Assembly (NCBI RefSeq): GCF_021028975.2
Contig: NC_059432.1
Coordinates: 62,000,001 to 62,064,000 of the forward strand
Length of the DNA stretch: 64,000 nucleotides
From: Sphaerodactylus townsendi
Taxonomy: Eukaryota
Direction: 5' to 3'
The notes under the pieces are model-generated. The model had not been told where the DNA came from. It did no database searches and saw only the letters and a program-made list of their open reading frames with translations. This document shows positions 37,821-51,599 of this stretch, in pieces. Position 1 is the first letter of the stretch, and each line of letters begins with the position of its first letter. The position numbers were made by a program, and so were the translations under genes.

Positions 37821-39929
37821 AGGTAATTATAGTATGGAGAGCCAATCTGGACTGCACCTACAGTATCTAAGCACATCAGAACTGTTTATTTATTTGTTTG
37901 TATTTTTATCCCATTCCTTCCCCAACAATCAAGGCTCATGGGAAGTAACAACATAAATACAAAACAGAAAGAAAAATATATTTTTTCTCTAAGACAATTT
38001 AATACGCTGGCAGGATGATCAGAGAAGGTGATAGGAGACCTAGTAAAGTTGCCTCAATGGAATTCTGGGAAGAATACCTCCATCTTACAGGCCTTGCAGG
38101 TTCTTACAGGTGTTGCAGAACAAGAGTCTCTTCACACCAGATTGTGGCAATGACAGCAAAAGCCCTTGTTCTGGCAGAGTAAAGGCCACTGGGCTGGCTA
38201 CCACCAGGCTCTGCTCCATGCTGAACCTCTCATCAAGGCACACGCAATGAACAAAATCTCTACTGCCATCAAGAAAAAGCAGATAGGGTAGGCAGGGACA
38301 TGTCTATAGGTTTCATGTGATGGATGGCAGTGCAAACATTAGGGCAGTGACATTGGGACTCCGGTGTATTTACTGCACATCCCACCTTCTTCATCTTGAG
38401 TTTAAGGATGCCTTGGGCTTGAGCTCTGCAGAGAACCTACTGGACATTGCCATTTGTGGTTTCTAGCAACTCCTCCATAAATGCTAGCATCTCACAGGTC
38501 ACCTCTCATGCAGTGAGAAGCAGGTGCTGACAGGCATACCAGAGCACTGCCTAATCTGCAATGTCAGAACTCACTGGAGGCCCATGTACACCATGCTTGA
38601 GAATTTGGTGAAGCAGAAGGGAGCCCTGACCACCTTGAACACTAAGATCAGGGTTGCGTAGGTAGAGAGCCAGTTCAACCAACATGACTGGTTGACTATT
38701 TCTCAGACTGCAGAGGTCCTTAAGCTCTTTAAGCACTACATGCAGCTGCAGGACGTGCAAACCTGTTTCCAGCAGTGCATGTGCTGGTGCAAAGGCTACA
38801 TGAGGGCATCGAATTCTGCCTTCAGCCTCTCACCTAGCGGAAGACAGCCATGTTGTTCCCATATATAATGGGGGCCATGTGGGACCCATGCATCAAGGGC
38901 AGCATTGCCAAGTGGACTGACCACTCATTCACTGGTGAGACAAGCTCTCTTGGCACATGCAGGCCAAGAGGCTATTATTGCCATGAGCAGCGGAGGGGAT
39001 TAGGATTTCATCCCTCATTTCCCCTATTAGGGATTTCATCCCCCACCTTCCCTAATAGGCAGCATTCCACCACCACCATCCCTGGCAACCGCCAAGATGA
39101 CCTTAGAGACCAAGCTGAATGGGCAGACACTTAGCACCACTGGGACACGAGATGCGTGAGCCAGGATATGATGGCTGCAATGAAAGGGAGTTCCTTGTTG
39201 AGCACTATGAGCTTCAGAGCACCAATCCACTGAGCTCCAGGGCCAGCACAAATTCAGTCTGGCTGAATGATCCAAACCTCTCTGGGCCCTCCGACAAGCA
39301 TGCAGAGTGACTCTGCTTTCTACCATGCAGACGAAATTATCATCCTGTATCACTCACACCTGCTCCTCTGGACAGTTGAGCAACTGGTCTTCCTGAAGGT
39401 CAGCTTCCCACTGTTCAGCTACCCAGTTCTAGACTTTGAAAGTGAGTAAACTGAGCATCTGCTTCTGCTGCATCCTCTCAGTCTGTGTTGGGAAGGTAGG
39501 GTCAAACATTCTTCCCCAAATTAACATGTAACTAGAAAGAAGGGGCAGGGCAACTACTCATGATCCTTAAAGCAATTTTTAATCCAGCTGCACTAAAAGA
39601 CCTCAACTAAACCCTAGTAGCTGTGTGGTGCAGGGGAGGTGGTGCCCACTCAGTCATCAGCCACCCCAAACCAAAAATTGCTTGGTGAAAGCAATACACT
39701 GCACTAAAACTGTTCTTTGTCTAGGGGTGGGAGGTGGAAAGAGGAGAGCCAGTGATGAAGAGCAGCTGCAGCACCTAAGGCTTCTCCTCTGAGGCAGTGA
39801 TGATGTGCAGACTGTTGTGAAAGGAGATCAGGGACACACAAAATCCCTCCCTCTTACTCTCTGAGGCTTTCTTTGGGAAAATGATGTTATGTATGTTTGA
39901 CAGTGGATTGCTTGTGGTTCTAATGGCTT

Positions 39930-42496
39930 CCAAATCCAAATCCAAAAACCTTTATTAGGCATAAAACCAGTGCCAAGAATTTCAAATACAATAAAAAGAT
40001 CATTATTGCTCAACTTGCAGTACACCGAGCAAAAACATAGCAACAGCTTCAGATATTTCCACACTAGAGCTATTTAGAAGCTTAGCCATTTTTGTTTTAT
40101 CAGAGAGGAGCATAAATCCTGTTGGTAACACAGTTCTCAAATTGGTTCTGATGTTGTTGTACTTTGAACAATGGAGCAGAATATGAGAAAGTGTTACAGT
40201 TGTGTCAGGACAGAATTGACAGCGACGCTCATCTTGTGGAATACCAGAGAATCGACCTTGAAGATGTGCTGACGGAAAAGAGTTACACCTCGCTCTGGTC
40301 ATGACCCATCTGCTATTGTAATTAATAAGTTGTTGCAGATATATAGCAGGGCTAGTTTTCTGAGGGATAATCCCAAAGACTATTGGAGAGCAAGAGCTTT
40401 GTGCTTTGCTCAGGAGAAATTGGTACTCTTGATCAAATAATCTAGACTTTAAAAGCGATGGGTAAAATCTCGGGCGGTGAGCATTTGTAGGGCCTCCCAA
40501 GAGAAGCCCAAGGAAAAGATCTTTTTCAATATGTAGCCACCATTTAGAAGCTGAAGCTCCTCTCATTTCTAACTGGGACAAACTGTTAGGGTCAGTGCAA
40601 AAACAAAGGCATAGCCAAAACTTAAAAGTTACAACCCATGCCCTTGTTTCTAATAAATGTTGCCCTGATTCCAAACAAAGAACACCATAGGGGACACAAT
40701 GCGGGGTGCCAAAGATCTTATAAAAGAAATTGGATTGAATGCGTTCCAATTTCTGGTGCCATGCTTGGATCCAGATGGGGATACCATACAAAGGTGCTGG
40801 GCCACCTTAGCGTTAAACACCTTCACGCTGCTGGTATGAATCTACCACCATTGATGTTAAAAAACTTCAGTACTGCAGCGGATAAATTTTTGCAGGCTTT
40901 AAGGGTGTTATCTCTGTGTGTGGTCCAGGTTGACTTATGATGGAATATTATCCCAAGGTATTTGAACAATTTAACTTGCTCGATGTCAGAACCTTGGAGA
41001 GACCATCTTGAAGGTCTAAAAACATTGGAAAAGACCACAATTTTAGACTTGATTGGGTTAATGACCAACCTGTTGTTTGAACAGTATTCACCACACTTAG
41101 TCAGCATGTTTCTGAGACCAGATCTTGTTCTTGATAATAAAACTGCATCATCGGCATAAAGGAGAATAGACAGAGGCACACCGTTCAGATAGGGGCAATG
41201 AAAGTTGAAACTATTCAATGTGGGGGCAGATCATGTAAAAAAAGATTAAATAGCATGGGTGCTAATACACACCCTTGTTTTACCCTGAGAAACTGGTATT
41301 TTGGGTGTTAAGGAACCTGATGGTGTACACCTTATCTGGCAGGTGGGATTCCTGTAAAGAGATCTAATTAATAGGAGAAGCCTAGGATCAATAGCGAGCT
41401 TCTGCAGTTTAAGCCATAGCAGCGATCTGTCAATAGAGTCAAAAGCCCCTTAAAGTCAATAAAGGCTGCAAAAAGATTGGATTTTCCTCTACAGAGGTAT
41501 TTGGATACAAGTGCTTCCAACGTCATACAGTGGTCCAGGGTGGTCTTTCCTTTCGTAAAGCCAATCTGCTCTATTCCGATTGGTCTATTAGTTGAAATCC
41601 AATTCAAAAGATGGTTAAGTAAATATTTGGCATACAATTTACCTGCCAGAACAGACAGCAGGCTGATTGGTCTGTAGTTTGAGGGGAGATTACGATCACC
41701 CTTTTAAACAATGGAATGATGGTTGCGTTAGTCCACATTGTGTGCACTGAGCCAGAGTCATTCACAGTAGTGAATAAGGCGGCTAACAGAGGGGACCACC
41801 AATCGGGAAAAGATTTGTAAATTTCTGCCGGGACCCCATCTGGACCCGGAGCTTTATTAGTTTTAAGATTACCAATTAGTGTTGTGATTTCCTCCTCTGT
41901 TACAGAAGGCCACCTAGGAATATCATTAGACAAAGGGGCTCAACCCTAAGAGTATCAAGAGTTCCCATTATTGAAAAGATTACAAAATAGCTATGCCATA
42001 TTGGGGGGTCAATAGTAGAGATGATAGTAGTAGAGGAACTCATTCCCTAGCAACAAAGGCCAAAAGCCTCTAGTATCGTTTGAGCGGGCTGCCTGTATGA
42101 GATGCTTCCATTTCTCATTGGTTTGTTTATATAGCCCTTCGCGAAGGACACACGATAAATGCCTCTTCAGCAGAAAATACTCAGCAGGAAGATTATTTAA
42201 ACCTTGCTGTTTAGTCCTGCAGAATATTATTCGCATTTGCTTTTTTATAAGCCTACCCTCTTCAGAAAAATATGTGACAGTAGGAGTTCCTCGCAAAGGA
42301 CCTGCTGGAATCGGCGCTGCTAGAGCATCAACTAATTTCCTGGTCAGAACTTCAAACTTGCCAATACATTCACCAGGTGAAGGAGATGATAATAGAGCAT
42401 GCCTAAAGGCCAGCATAAAGGGACTGTGTAATAGTGAATCTGCTTTAAATTTAGTTTCCTTATTCCAGTTAATTTTGTGCGGAGGGGATACTGGAC
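39930..42496 (-). mobile_element. 5'-truncated non-LTR retrotransposon (RTE-X-like) with 15-bp TSD, in BORCS7 intron 4, sense to the gene
   Basis: RT motifs KAPGPDG, EQIGF, FAAFIDFK, LLYADD, FKYLG; C-terminal RRCQFC...HILLHC; AATAAA + (TTTGGA)n tail; TSD TGGTTCTAATGGCTT at 39915-39929 and 42497-42511. Clade assignment is tentative. Confidence 0.85.
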
Positions 42497-42998
42497 TGGT
42501 TCTAATGGCTTATAAAAGTGGCCTCTATGCTTAAGATTGTTCTTCTGGGAAAAGGGATGTCCCTGCCAAGAACAACTTTAGTCTGGAAAGCAGAATAGAG
42601 ATTGACCAAGTCAATCAGCAAAAAGAAAATGTACAATCTTCCACGGCTAGAATTTAGCAGGAAAGGGAATAAAAACCATGGTGATGGAAAATGGAACAGT
42701 ACATAGGGTAAGCAGCTGCCTCCCTGATGACAAGAGGCCTTGCTCACTTAAAAAAACACACATTTCTAAGCCTTCTAAGTCACTCTTTTTACATCATTTT
42801 TGTTTTTCACTACAGCTGTAACAGGTAAGCTCACTTTTTAAAAAGATGGTAAGTGTTATTACTATGAGCATTAAGTGAGCCCCAGTGATGCGCCTACTGT
42901 TGTGTAAACTCATTGGTTTACAGTCAAAGTACCATACCCAAGATGAAATACGAGAGTATTTGTCAAATACAATAAGGAGCAATAAGGAGCAAACTCAC

Positions 42999-43019
42999 TT
43001 TCTCTGAATAGCTTCTTGC
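42999..43019 (-). CDS. BORCS7: BORCS7 exon 4, 21-nt microexon (QEAIQR)
   Basis: tttttttgtag|GCAAGAAGCTATTCAGAGAAA|gtgagt. Confidence 0.93.
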
Positions 43020-43692
43020 CTACAAAAAAAGGACAAGGAAAGCATTAAAAAGAAAACATCTATAGGATACTTAAGAACACAAGTACGTTCAAATGGATAT
43101 CATGTCAGTGAAGATATTTGTATCTCAGGAGACTATACAATCAAGGAATAAGCAGATTCTCCAACTACACTGTTATAGTATCCAGAACCGGATTACTACC
43201 CATTAGATGGTTAGCCCTAGAGCAAAGACATCTGCAAAGTATAGCTTCAGTTTTAACAGGCAGATTACTATCAAACTAGTTATGTGGCCATCAGAACTCA
43301 AATAAGAATAGCATATGATGTGTAATATTTAAACAATAGAGCGTTTTTACATTTTAATACTAATATTTTTACTTGCTTTGCCATTGTCCTAATGAAGTTC
43401 TATAAGCAGCCTCAAGAGCCTCCTGTCTGAGAATATGTGATAAAAACAATTTTAAATAAATGTATAGGGAAGAAACACTTATTTTTCCCTAGAAATCAAT
43501 AAGAGATGCTCATAGTATTCTAGTAGCAGAGGATCCACTTTAATAGTTCTGGATTCAGTTTCAACCTTGGTTCATAGGTTTCCCTTGCAAGTGGCATAAA
43601 ATGAGCCACATTGTGAGAGCTATACAGGACACAAATGCACTTCCAAGTAGGTCAGCCCATCAACTAGTGATTAAACATTGTATGCTACTTAC

Positions 43693-43736
43693 TGATACTG
43701 CAGATGAGTCGTTATAATGGCCATTTTCCTTAAACT
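43693..43736 (-). CDS. BORCS7: BORCS7 exon 3: SLRKMAIITTHLQY
   Basis: 44 nt, ag/gtaagt flanks, matches the human peptide as recalled. Confidence 0.95.
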
Positions 43737-44331
43737 CTGCAAATTACAAAAAAGGACATTATTTTTTCCCCGTTATGATTGTCAAGGTAATCACTTCATA
43801 GGGCATTCTTCATCACCTTCAAATCATTATGTATTACTCTCTCCCAAGGTAGAATATCTGCCGCTTTGAATAACACCAGCTTTTAGAAGTCAGCTTCATT
43901 ATGACATGAGATTTTTCATTATGCTAAAATTTAGCTACTGCAGAGACTCTCCTTAACTACCAAACAGAATTCTGATCATACTGCATCTTATGATGTATCA
44001 TCCAGGCAGATGAGTTTTATTAATTAATTAATCAGCACTTTTCAGGTCATGAAGAAAATCCTAACAAAACTTTTCAGCCAACACAATTTTCAGTGTGTCT
44101 TTTCCAATTTAGAAATACATTCTGTCTCCCTCAAAAGGAGGACAAAGCAGACTGGCACTCCTCCATGACCAACAGAAGGACAGCAGAAGCTACCAATTGA
44201 TAATTCCCTTCCCAAGGAACATTGGTATTGAATTGCTGTAGCACTCAGACTGAAAAACAAAATTAAAAACACATACATTTCGGAATTTTTATCCTATGAG
44301 TAGCACACAAAATGACTTAAAACTATGAAAA

Positions 44332-45643
44332 TTGAGAAAACTCAGCAATCAAGGAATAAGAGGGGAAGTCCTCCTATGGATTAAAAACTGGTTAAGAAAC
44401 AGGAAGCAAAGAGTGGGTGTAAATGGGAAGTTCTCACAATGGAGAGATGTAGGGAGTGGTGTCCCCCAGGGATCCGTTTTGGGACCAGTGCTCTTTAACC
44501 TATTCATAAATGATCTGGAAGTAGGGGTGGCTAGCGTGGTGGCCAAGTTTGCAGATGATACTCAAATTATGTAGAGGTGGGTGAAAGAACTCCACGAAAG
44601 GATTGCGAAGAGCTCCAAGCGGACCTTTGATAAATTAGGTGAATTTAGTGGGCTAAGAAATGGCAAATGCACAGTTCAATGTAGCAGCAAATGCAAAGTG
44701 ATGCACATAGGGGCAAAAAATCCAAACTTCACATACACGCTACAGGGGTCAGTGCTATCAGTCACAGACCAGGAAAGGGATTTGGGCGTCTTAGTTGATA
44801 GTTCCATGGGAATGTTAACTCAATGCATGGCAGCTGTGAAAAAGGCAAACTCTATGCTACAGGGAATGGCCACATTAGGAAAGGAATTGATAATAAAAGC
44901 TGGCAAAGATTGTCATGCCCTTATATAAAGCAGTGGGTCGCGGCCGCACTTGGAGCACACATTACTGGACTGTCCAGTTCACAGGTAGCCACATCTCAAA
45001 AGATATCGTGAGGAGATAGAAAAAAAGAAGTGCTGAGAAGACAGGCAACAAGGATGAGAATTGAGGGACTGGAGCACCTTCCCTATGAGGAGAGGCTGCA
45101 GCGTTTGGGACTCTTTAGTTTGGAGAGGAGACATCTGAGGGGGGATATGACTGAAGTCTATAAAATTATGCATGGGGTAGAAAATGTTGACGGCCAAAGA
45201 GATAAAATTTTTCTCTCTTTCTCACAAATACTAGAACCAGGGGGCATTCATTGAAAATGCTGGGGAAGAATTAGGACTAATAAAAGGAAACTTCACTTTA
45301 ACTTCACATAGCGTGTGATTGGTGTTTGGAATATGCTGCCACAGGAGGTGGTGATGGCCACTAACCTGGATAGCTTTAAAAGGGGCTTGGACAGATTTAT
45401 GGAGAAGAAGTCGATCTATGGCTACCAATCTTGATCCTCTTTGATCTGAGATTGCAAATGCCTTAACAGACCAGGTGATCGGGAGCAACAGCCGCAGAAG
45501 GCCATTGCTTTCACATCCTGCATGTGAGCTCCCAAAGGCACCTGGTGGAGACCTGCCCGTGAGTAGCAGAAGAAGCTGGACTAGATATGGACTGAATGGT
45601 CGATCCAGGCTGAGGCTTGTTCTTATGTTCTTCTTATGTTCTA
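44332..45643 (+). mobile_element. 5'-truncated CR1 LINE (RT 3' half plus 3' UTR), antisense in BORCS7 intron 2
   Basis: [51 protein letters not shown]; ttcttatg-repeat tail; many small indels. Confidence 0.9.
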
Positions 45644-46129
45644 AAATAATAACTTTAAGCTTGATAAGTAATCAGATTTGGCCCATCATACTTCCTGCCA
45701 TCAACTGCCTATTGCAGCTTATCCCTGAATGAAAACTGTAATCAAGTGCCACAGGCTTGATCATTTTGCTTGCTGTTGGAGGGAAACCAGAACTTTGCTC
45801 TCAGGGCAAGTGAACTGGCTCACTTACCACCCATTACTGGTCTTCAGTTTATACCACCATTGCTCAACTATTTAACTGAAAGAGAAAAAAACCCAGGGAT
45901 CATTGAGCATTGTCAGAAACAATGCGGAGCTCCAAAAAAAGTAATAAGTCACCATTAGTATACCTCTGTCTTCCACTCCCTTATTCCAAAGTTTCCTTTC
46001 ACAAATCTGTATCAAGTGTCAGCTCTGTATTTGAAATGTGATCTAACATTAAATTCTCTGCAGTTCATATAGTGTTTGGTACCTTGCATCAGGCTAAACA
46101 CTCAGTTCTATGAGCAAAACTTTTCTTAC

Positions 46130-46192
46130 ATCTTCAGAGTGCAAGATAGCATCCTCTTGCATCACCATATTTCTGGCAGCCTGTCCAAGGAA
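46130..46192 (-). CDS. BORCS7: BORCS7 exon 2: FLGQAARNMVMQEDAILHSED
   Basis: 63 nt, ag/gtaaga flanks. Confidence 0.95.
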
Positions 46193-46679
46193 CTGAAAGA
46201 CATGGAAGCAACTATAAGAGATTTGGATTCAAAGGTCTGGGGAGCTAATAATTCAATGCTAAGCTTGTACTTAGCAGCTAGAATCTGACTCAGTCAGGTT
46301 GCTTTAACTCCCAGCATAAACTCTGTGACATATTGTTTAATCAGAACCAGCTAAAACGTGATAAAATAGCAGGCAAAATTTCAAGGGCCCCAGAACTTTT
46401 TATTAGGCACAATATTCAGGACTTATACCCCTCCCCAAAAATGGTTTACTGAAACAGCCTCTCTATATAGAACAAAAATATCTTGCCAGTTATATTGTCC
46501 AAACTGTCAAGCAAAGCAAATATATGAAACACCTTGATACCTCCTCCCATATGAAGCTACCAACACGCTATGGTCATATTCAGAGGTCTTGCTTTGGTTG
46601 GCCCTACCATATGAAGCTAGTCAGGTAGTAATCCAAGAAAGGGCCTTCTTGGTTGTGGCATCAAACTTTGGAGCTCCCT

Positions 46680-46871
46680 CAGAGGTGGGATCCAACCAGT
46701 TCTCACCACTTCTCTAGAAGTGGTTACTAATTTTTTCTGAGTGCTGAGAAGGGGTTACTAAAGCAACCTCCCTGCTCAATAGGGACTGGAGGTGCGTGTG
46801 TGCGGCAATGCCACTGTTTGAATCCCACCACCATCGGAACCTGTTATTAAAATTTTTGGATCCCACTACTG
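46680..46871. mobile_element. hAT MITE, 8-bp TSD AGCTCCCT
   Basis: TIR CAGAGGTGGGATCCA / TGGATCCCACTACTG; TSD at 46672-46679 and 46872-46879. Confidence 0.85.
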
Positions 46872-48357
46872 AGCTCCCTCCTCAGGGAGTTTCAGCTGTC
46901 TCCCTCGCTGCGCTCGAGTTAAGCTGGATTGGCCGCTATTAAATAAATAATCTTTGAAACATGAAGGCGGGCTGGCACAAAGCCAATTAACCAGTCATGT
47001 TATATAAACCAGTTGTACAACATGGCAAACATCCAAAAATATGTCAACTTGATTAATCTATAGCTTTAAGGTATATTAAATTAAAACACACACCTCAGAG
47101 AGGAATTCACAGGTGTGTAACTTAATCTCCCTCTGTCTTTCACCAGCCGATGATGACTTTTTGTTTCACCATGATACCCGCAGCAACAGTTGCTGTTTTA
47201 ATGTTCGTTATGTTCACTATCTTGTGGCCCCTGATCAGGTGACAAGGCAGTATAAAAATGTTTTACATAAACATATAGCTAGCTGTTTATTATGTTATTA
47301 TTTGTGCACCATCCTCAGTATATAATGCCTTACAAAACAGAATCACGGTTATCTCACAACCTGCTTTTCCACAGTACAGGAAAACAAAAACAGAGAGACA
47401 GTAAGAATGGGAGAAAAGAGGCCAAGGTAACAATGAATGAATGAGAACAAGTATACTTACACATACTTATGCCTTGTCTGATTGGGAGCAGAAAATATTA
47501 AATCATACAGTCCAAATATCACTATCATACATCAGGAGGCAAATCCTACTATTGAAGGAGCAGGATATTTTTATCCAGGCCTGCTGGCAACCATGGTCCA
47601 CCTTCTGGGTAATTTCATAGCACATTACAACTACCTTGTTGGGGGTGGGGGGAGAATATGGCAGAGGTAAGCAACCCCCAGCACAGATGCCAAGCCGAAG
47701 GATCCCAATCTATTTTCCTCTGCAAGCAGGGCGAATCCTCTGCCCAAAGGACAAAGACAAGCCCCAGAGGTGGCAGAACAATTGGGGCTCCCAGTGTTTC
47801 TGGCCAAGTATAATCCCACCCCGCATTTGTTACTGATTTCCTGTTGAAATTACTATGGGACGTTCTCCTACTATTACACAATTAATACTTCACCAGCAGT
47901 ATTTTGATATCACATGCAGGAAAAAATTTTTTACTGTCCTGCCCCATTGAGTACTTGAAAAAGTACAGATAAACATTTTAGCCCTCCTTGGCAGGAAACT
48001 TGGTTTGATGGGGAACCCTTTTACAAAACAGTAATCTACATGCCTTACTCAATACAAGGGCATACAACATAGTTTCCAGCTTTCTTGGAATTACACGTAT
48101 GTTTCGGCACCCCCGAATTCAAACCAGAATAGATGGTTAGAAGGTTAAGTCCTGACTCTCCTTGACAGGATATCTTTAGCGAACTAAGCACTGACGAAAT
48201 AATCATTGGCGTAGGAAAACGAATGTGTCATTTTAAAAAATCCTAACCTGCCACCATAACAAGAACCTACAAGCCCCACAATGCACTGCGCCCCCCTTCA
48301 GCCTGCCTACAATTGTTTCCCAACGCGGTGCTTGCTGGACTTAGTAGTCACACTCAC

Positions 48358-48507
48358 CTCGGCGCTACGAGATCCCCTCAGCACTTGTTTGGTAAGGGCG
48401 ATAACATCTGTACCACAGCTGGTTACCTTCTCGCTCAGCAACCCCTTCACTGAATGGCCGAATCGAGCCTGAGCATCCATAGCACTTCCCGCTGGCGATG
48501 CCGCCAT
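48358..48507 (-). CDS. BORCS7: BLOC-1-related complex subunit 7, exon 1: MAASPAGSAMDAQARFGHSVKGLLSEKVTSCGTDVIALTKQVLRGSRSAE
   Basis: Homologous to human QARFGQSVKGLLTEKVTTCGTDVIALTKQVLKGSRSSE; GAG|gtgagt donor; five exons total 330 nt = 109 aa + stop. Confidence 0.95.
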
Positions 48508-48700
48508 CTTGCTAATGTTGTCTGTCCAAACGAGTCTATTTCTCAAGTTTGAAAAAAATTGCAGCGACGGCGAGCGAAAGGGGGCAAAACAAAGAGAACG
48601 CAAATTGGAGCGGATCTTTCTGCAGCGTCGACTCGGTTTCTTTTCCCCAACATCAAACTTACTGATATTGTCTATTGATTGGCGGAGGGACTTAGCAACT
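48500..48700 (-). promoter_or_regulatory. BORCS7 promoter: YY1 consensus AAGATGGCGGC over the ATG, CCAAT near 48680, CpG enrichment
   Basis: gccgccatctt at 48500-48510; gattggcgg at about 48677-48685. Confidence 0.6.
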
Positions 48701-49056
48701 TCACAGAGATCAGCCATTAACAAATAATTATTGCATTTAATTAACACAAAAGGGCTACTATTTCACGAAAGCATAAACTGTAAAGGTTTTGTTAGTGTGC
48801 AAGGTGTTACTGGATTCTTGCTTTGTTTAGCAGAGCCTGTTCAAGGCATCAAAAGGGGGCAATCTTATAAAATACATCTATGTTCATCAGAAGTACACAA
48901 TAAGCCAGGAATTCAAAATAATAGATCATAGGAGGTTAGTTCACATGGTACAACCACAACATCTTAGGATAGATAAGATCTTTGGGCTTTGATGTGGGAG
49001 AAGCATCTTTCCGGAAGGAGGATTCCTTTCCTTGCCAAATGTTTGTCACCCTAAGG

Positions 49057-49403
49057 CAGTGGTGGCGAACCTATGGCACGCATGCCAGAGGTGGCACTCA
49101 GTCCTCTTTGCGGGCACACATGCCGTCGCCCCAGTTTGGGCAGTCGGCAATGGCATACCGCCAAGGGAGCCAGGGGTGTGCGATGCACTGGAGCATATGC
49201 CACCTCTTGGTCGCCCTAAGCGAGAGGCATGAGTGGAAATTAATCTTGCAGGCGTTCTGAGAGTGGCTGATTTCAAGGAGCAGGAGCAGGGAGTGGAGGA
49301 GAGCGTGAAGCAGGAAGCAGGAGCCTGCACGATAATTGCCCTGGGCACAGTTTCCCCTCACGCTGTCCCTGGCATGCAGTCTCTAAAAGGTTCACCATCA
49401 CTG
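49057..49403. mobile_element. hAT MITE, 8-bp TSD CCCTAAGG
   Basis: TIR CAGTGGTGGCGAACCT / AGGTTCACCATCACTG; TSD at 49049-49056 and 49404-49411. Confidence 0.85.
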
Positions 49404-51599
49404 CCCTAAGGTCACAAGGTTAGGTACCTTGTAGCTGACAGGTAACATATATATATATTCCTATTCTCTAGTATTTAACACAATAGCTACCTAACCAGGT
49501 CAGAATTATACTGGGCAATACTTATTCATTTAGGAATAATCATATTTTCTTGCTAAAACACAGCATTTCTAGTAGATGGTTTCATAGATGTCTTTATAGC
49601 ATCAAACACATCCCTGGGATTTGCATTTTATCAATAGGTGATATGTAAGGATACAACAAAAAACAGTTTCAGATATAATAACTTGTGTTTCAAAGGGAGC
49701 TATTTTTATTGCGCCCCCAGAAAGGGTCCTTTTAAGGAAAAAAGGAGAAACCCATGTCTTTGATATGCTGGCCTTTTAAGTCAAAGAAGACCCCCCCCCC
49801 CAATTCTGTTAGTGGTTTTGCATTTTACAATGGGACTGTGGTAAATCCTGTGTTATCTCTGTTTATGAAATTTAGCGAGCAACCTGGTGGCTTGCTGGGT
49901 TGCAGAATTTGTTCCCTTGTGAAAGAAGTATCTCTGGTTTACATTATTATTAATAATATAGAGCTAAGGCTTTGTAAAAAAAAAAGAGCATTTCTGCTAG
50001 TACTACTGTCAATAAGACTACTATGAAATGAATTCTACTAATGGTCACTCTATATTAGCTAAATGATTAGCTAAATGATTGACCAAATTTTATTTTTCTG
50101 GCCTGACACAACATCAGGAGTTCCCCAGAGGCAGTGGCACCTTTGACCTGGGCAGCAGGGAGCATCCTTTTACGCTATCCCTACAGATTCTGATTCCAAC
50201 GTGTAACTGAACTATTCGGGTAACACTGTCATAGGTATTATTGAGAACCATTGTGGTGTAGCGGTAAAGAATGTTGAACTAGGATCTAAGTAACTGAAAT
50301 TCAAACCCCCACTCATGTCATGGAAGCTTGCTGAGTGACTTTGACCAGTCATAATTACATAGTCTAATCTACCTCACAGGGTTGCTGTGAGAATAAAATG
50401 GAGGCGAGGGCAATAGTGTAAGCCACTTTAGGCTTCCATTGGGGAGAAAGGCGATGTACAAATGAAATAATAAATATTATGGATGGCATAAAATAGTATC
50501 CAAAATGTTTCCAGTGTTCATGCAATGTACAGACTGTGCTGAGAATCTTCCCTCTGTCCTGAAATCTGAAGCAGCACTCTGATACATAATATAAAGATAC
50601 TTAGCATACAATTGCATGTAAAGGCTTAAGAATAGAACATTCAAATTTGTAATGACAATAGATGAGGAATAAGACAAAAATAAACGCTGAGAGTAAGATA
50701 AAACAATCATGTTTCTTGTAGAAATGTCAGTATAAGCAGATAATAAGGAAACAGAGAGAGAAACAGAAATTCATTGGCTCTTTCTGTGCACCAGGTAGTG
50801 AAAGTTTTCTTCAGTGAAAAAATTTAATATTTTAAATGGTCACCTAGTTTCATTTAAATTGTACAAGAACGAAAGATTCTTTGTACTTTGGAATAATGTT
50901 TTAGATAGTATTTGAAAAGATTGTGCTGTTACTTCCCTACATTAAGTAAGGTAACTCTGTTCTAAGGATACAATACAGGAAAAGAGGAAATAGGTGATAA
51001 TGGAACTGGGTTTTTGCTGTATCATGGAGGGAAATCTTACCATGACAATCCTCTGAAGGTACCAGCTATAAATGGGGGTGAAACGTTAAGAGCAAAAACT
51101 ACCACCCCACGGCTACACAGCCAGGACAACCCGCGATGCCCAACTGATTCTGGCTGTGAGAGCCTTTGATAATACATTGAATATGGAACTCTTCAGTCAT
51201 CACAGTATTCCACCTGTGTAACTTATCTGGAGATCCAGAACATCTAGTTATTAATGCAAAACTCATTTCCTACCCTTTACCTTGAGTTGTGTGAGGAAAT
51301 AAGGTCTCAAGAGATGACAATATTTTATGAACCTGGCATTTGAGGCAGTTCTGGAAGCTCCTACTGATAGTGGAGAACTTACTGGCCTCAAGGACAGTAA
51401 AACAAAGTTAATTGGTCTCAAGTGTAATGAAAATGTGAATTGCCAAGAGTAAGAATTCACATGTATCAGTTGAGAGGAGAACACAGATTTCTCAAGCAGT
51501 TATGTAACAAGGTATATAACCTGCTAGCTAGTAACAGTCACAATTTTTCTTCATGAGTTCTTGCATCTATGAATGTTGTGTTCTTGATTGTGTCATTTG

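Noticed and set aside
44220-44250. SLSATAIQYQ after an acceptor-like site, resembling BORCS7 exon 3
   Set aside because: The true exon 3 is at 43693-43736 with a full match and canonical sites; the resemblance is chance
48508-48747. Upstream extension of the BORCS7 exon 1 ORF, including an in-frame Met (MADLC)
   Set aside because: Overlaps promoter motifs, no homology to BORCS7; the ATG at 48507 has a strong context
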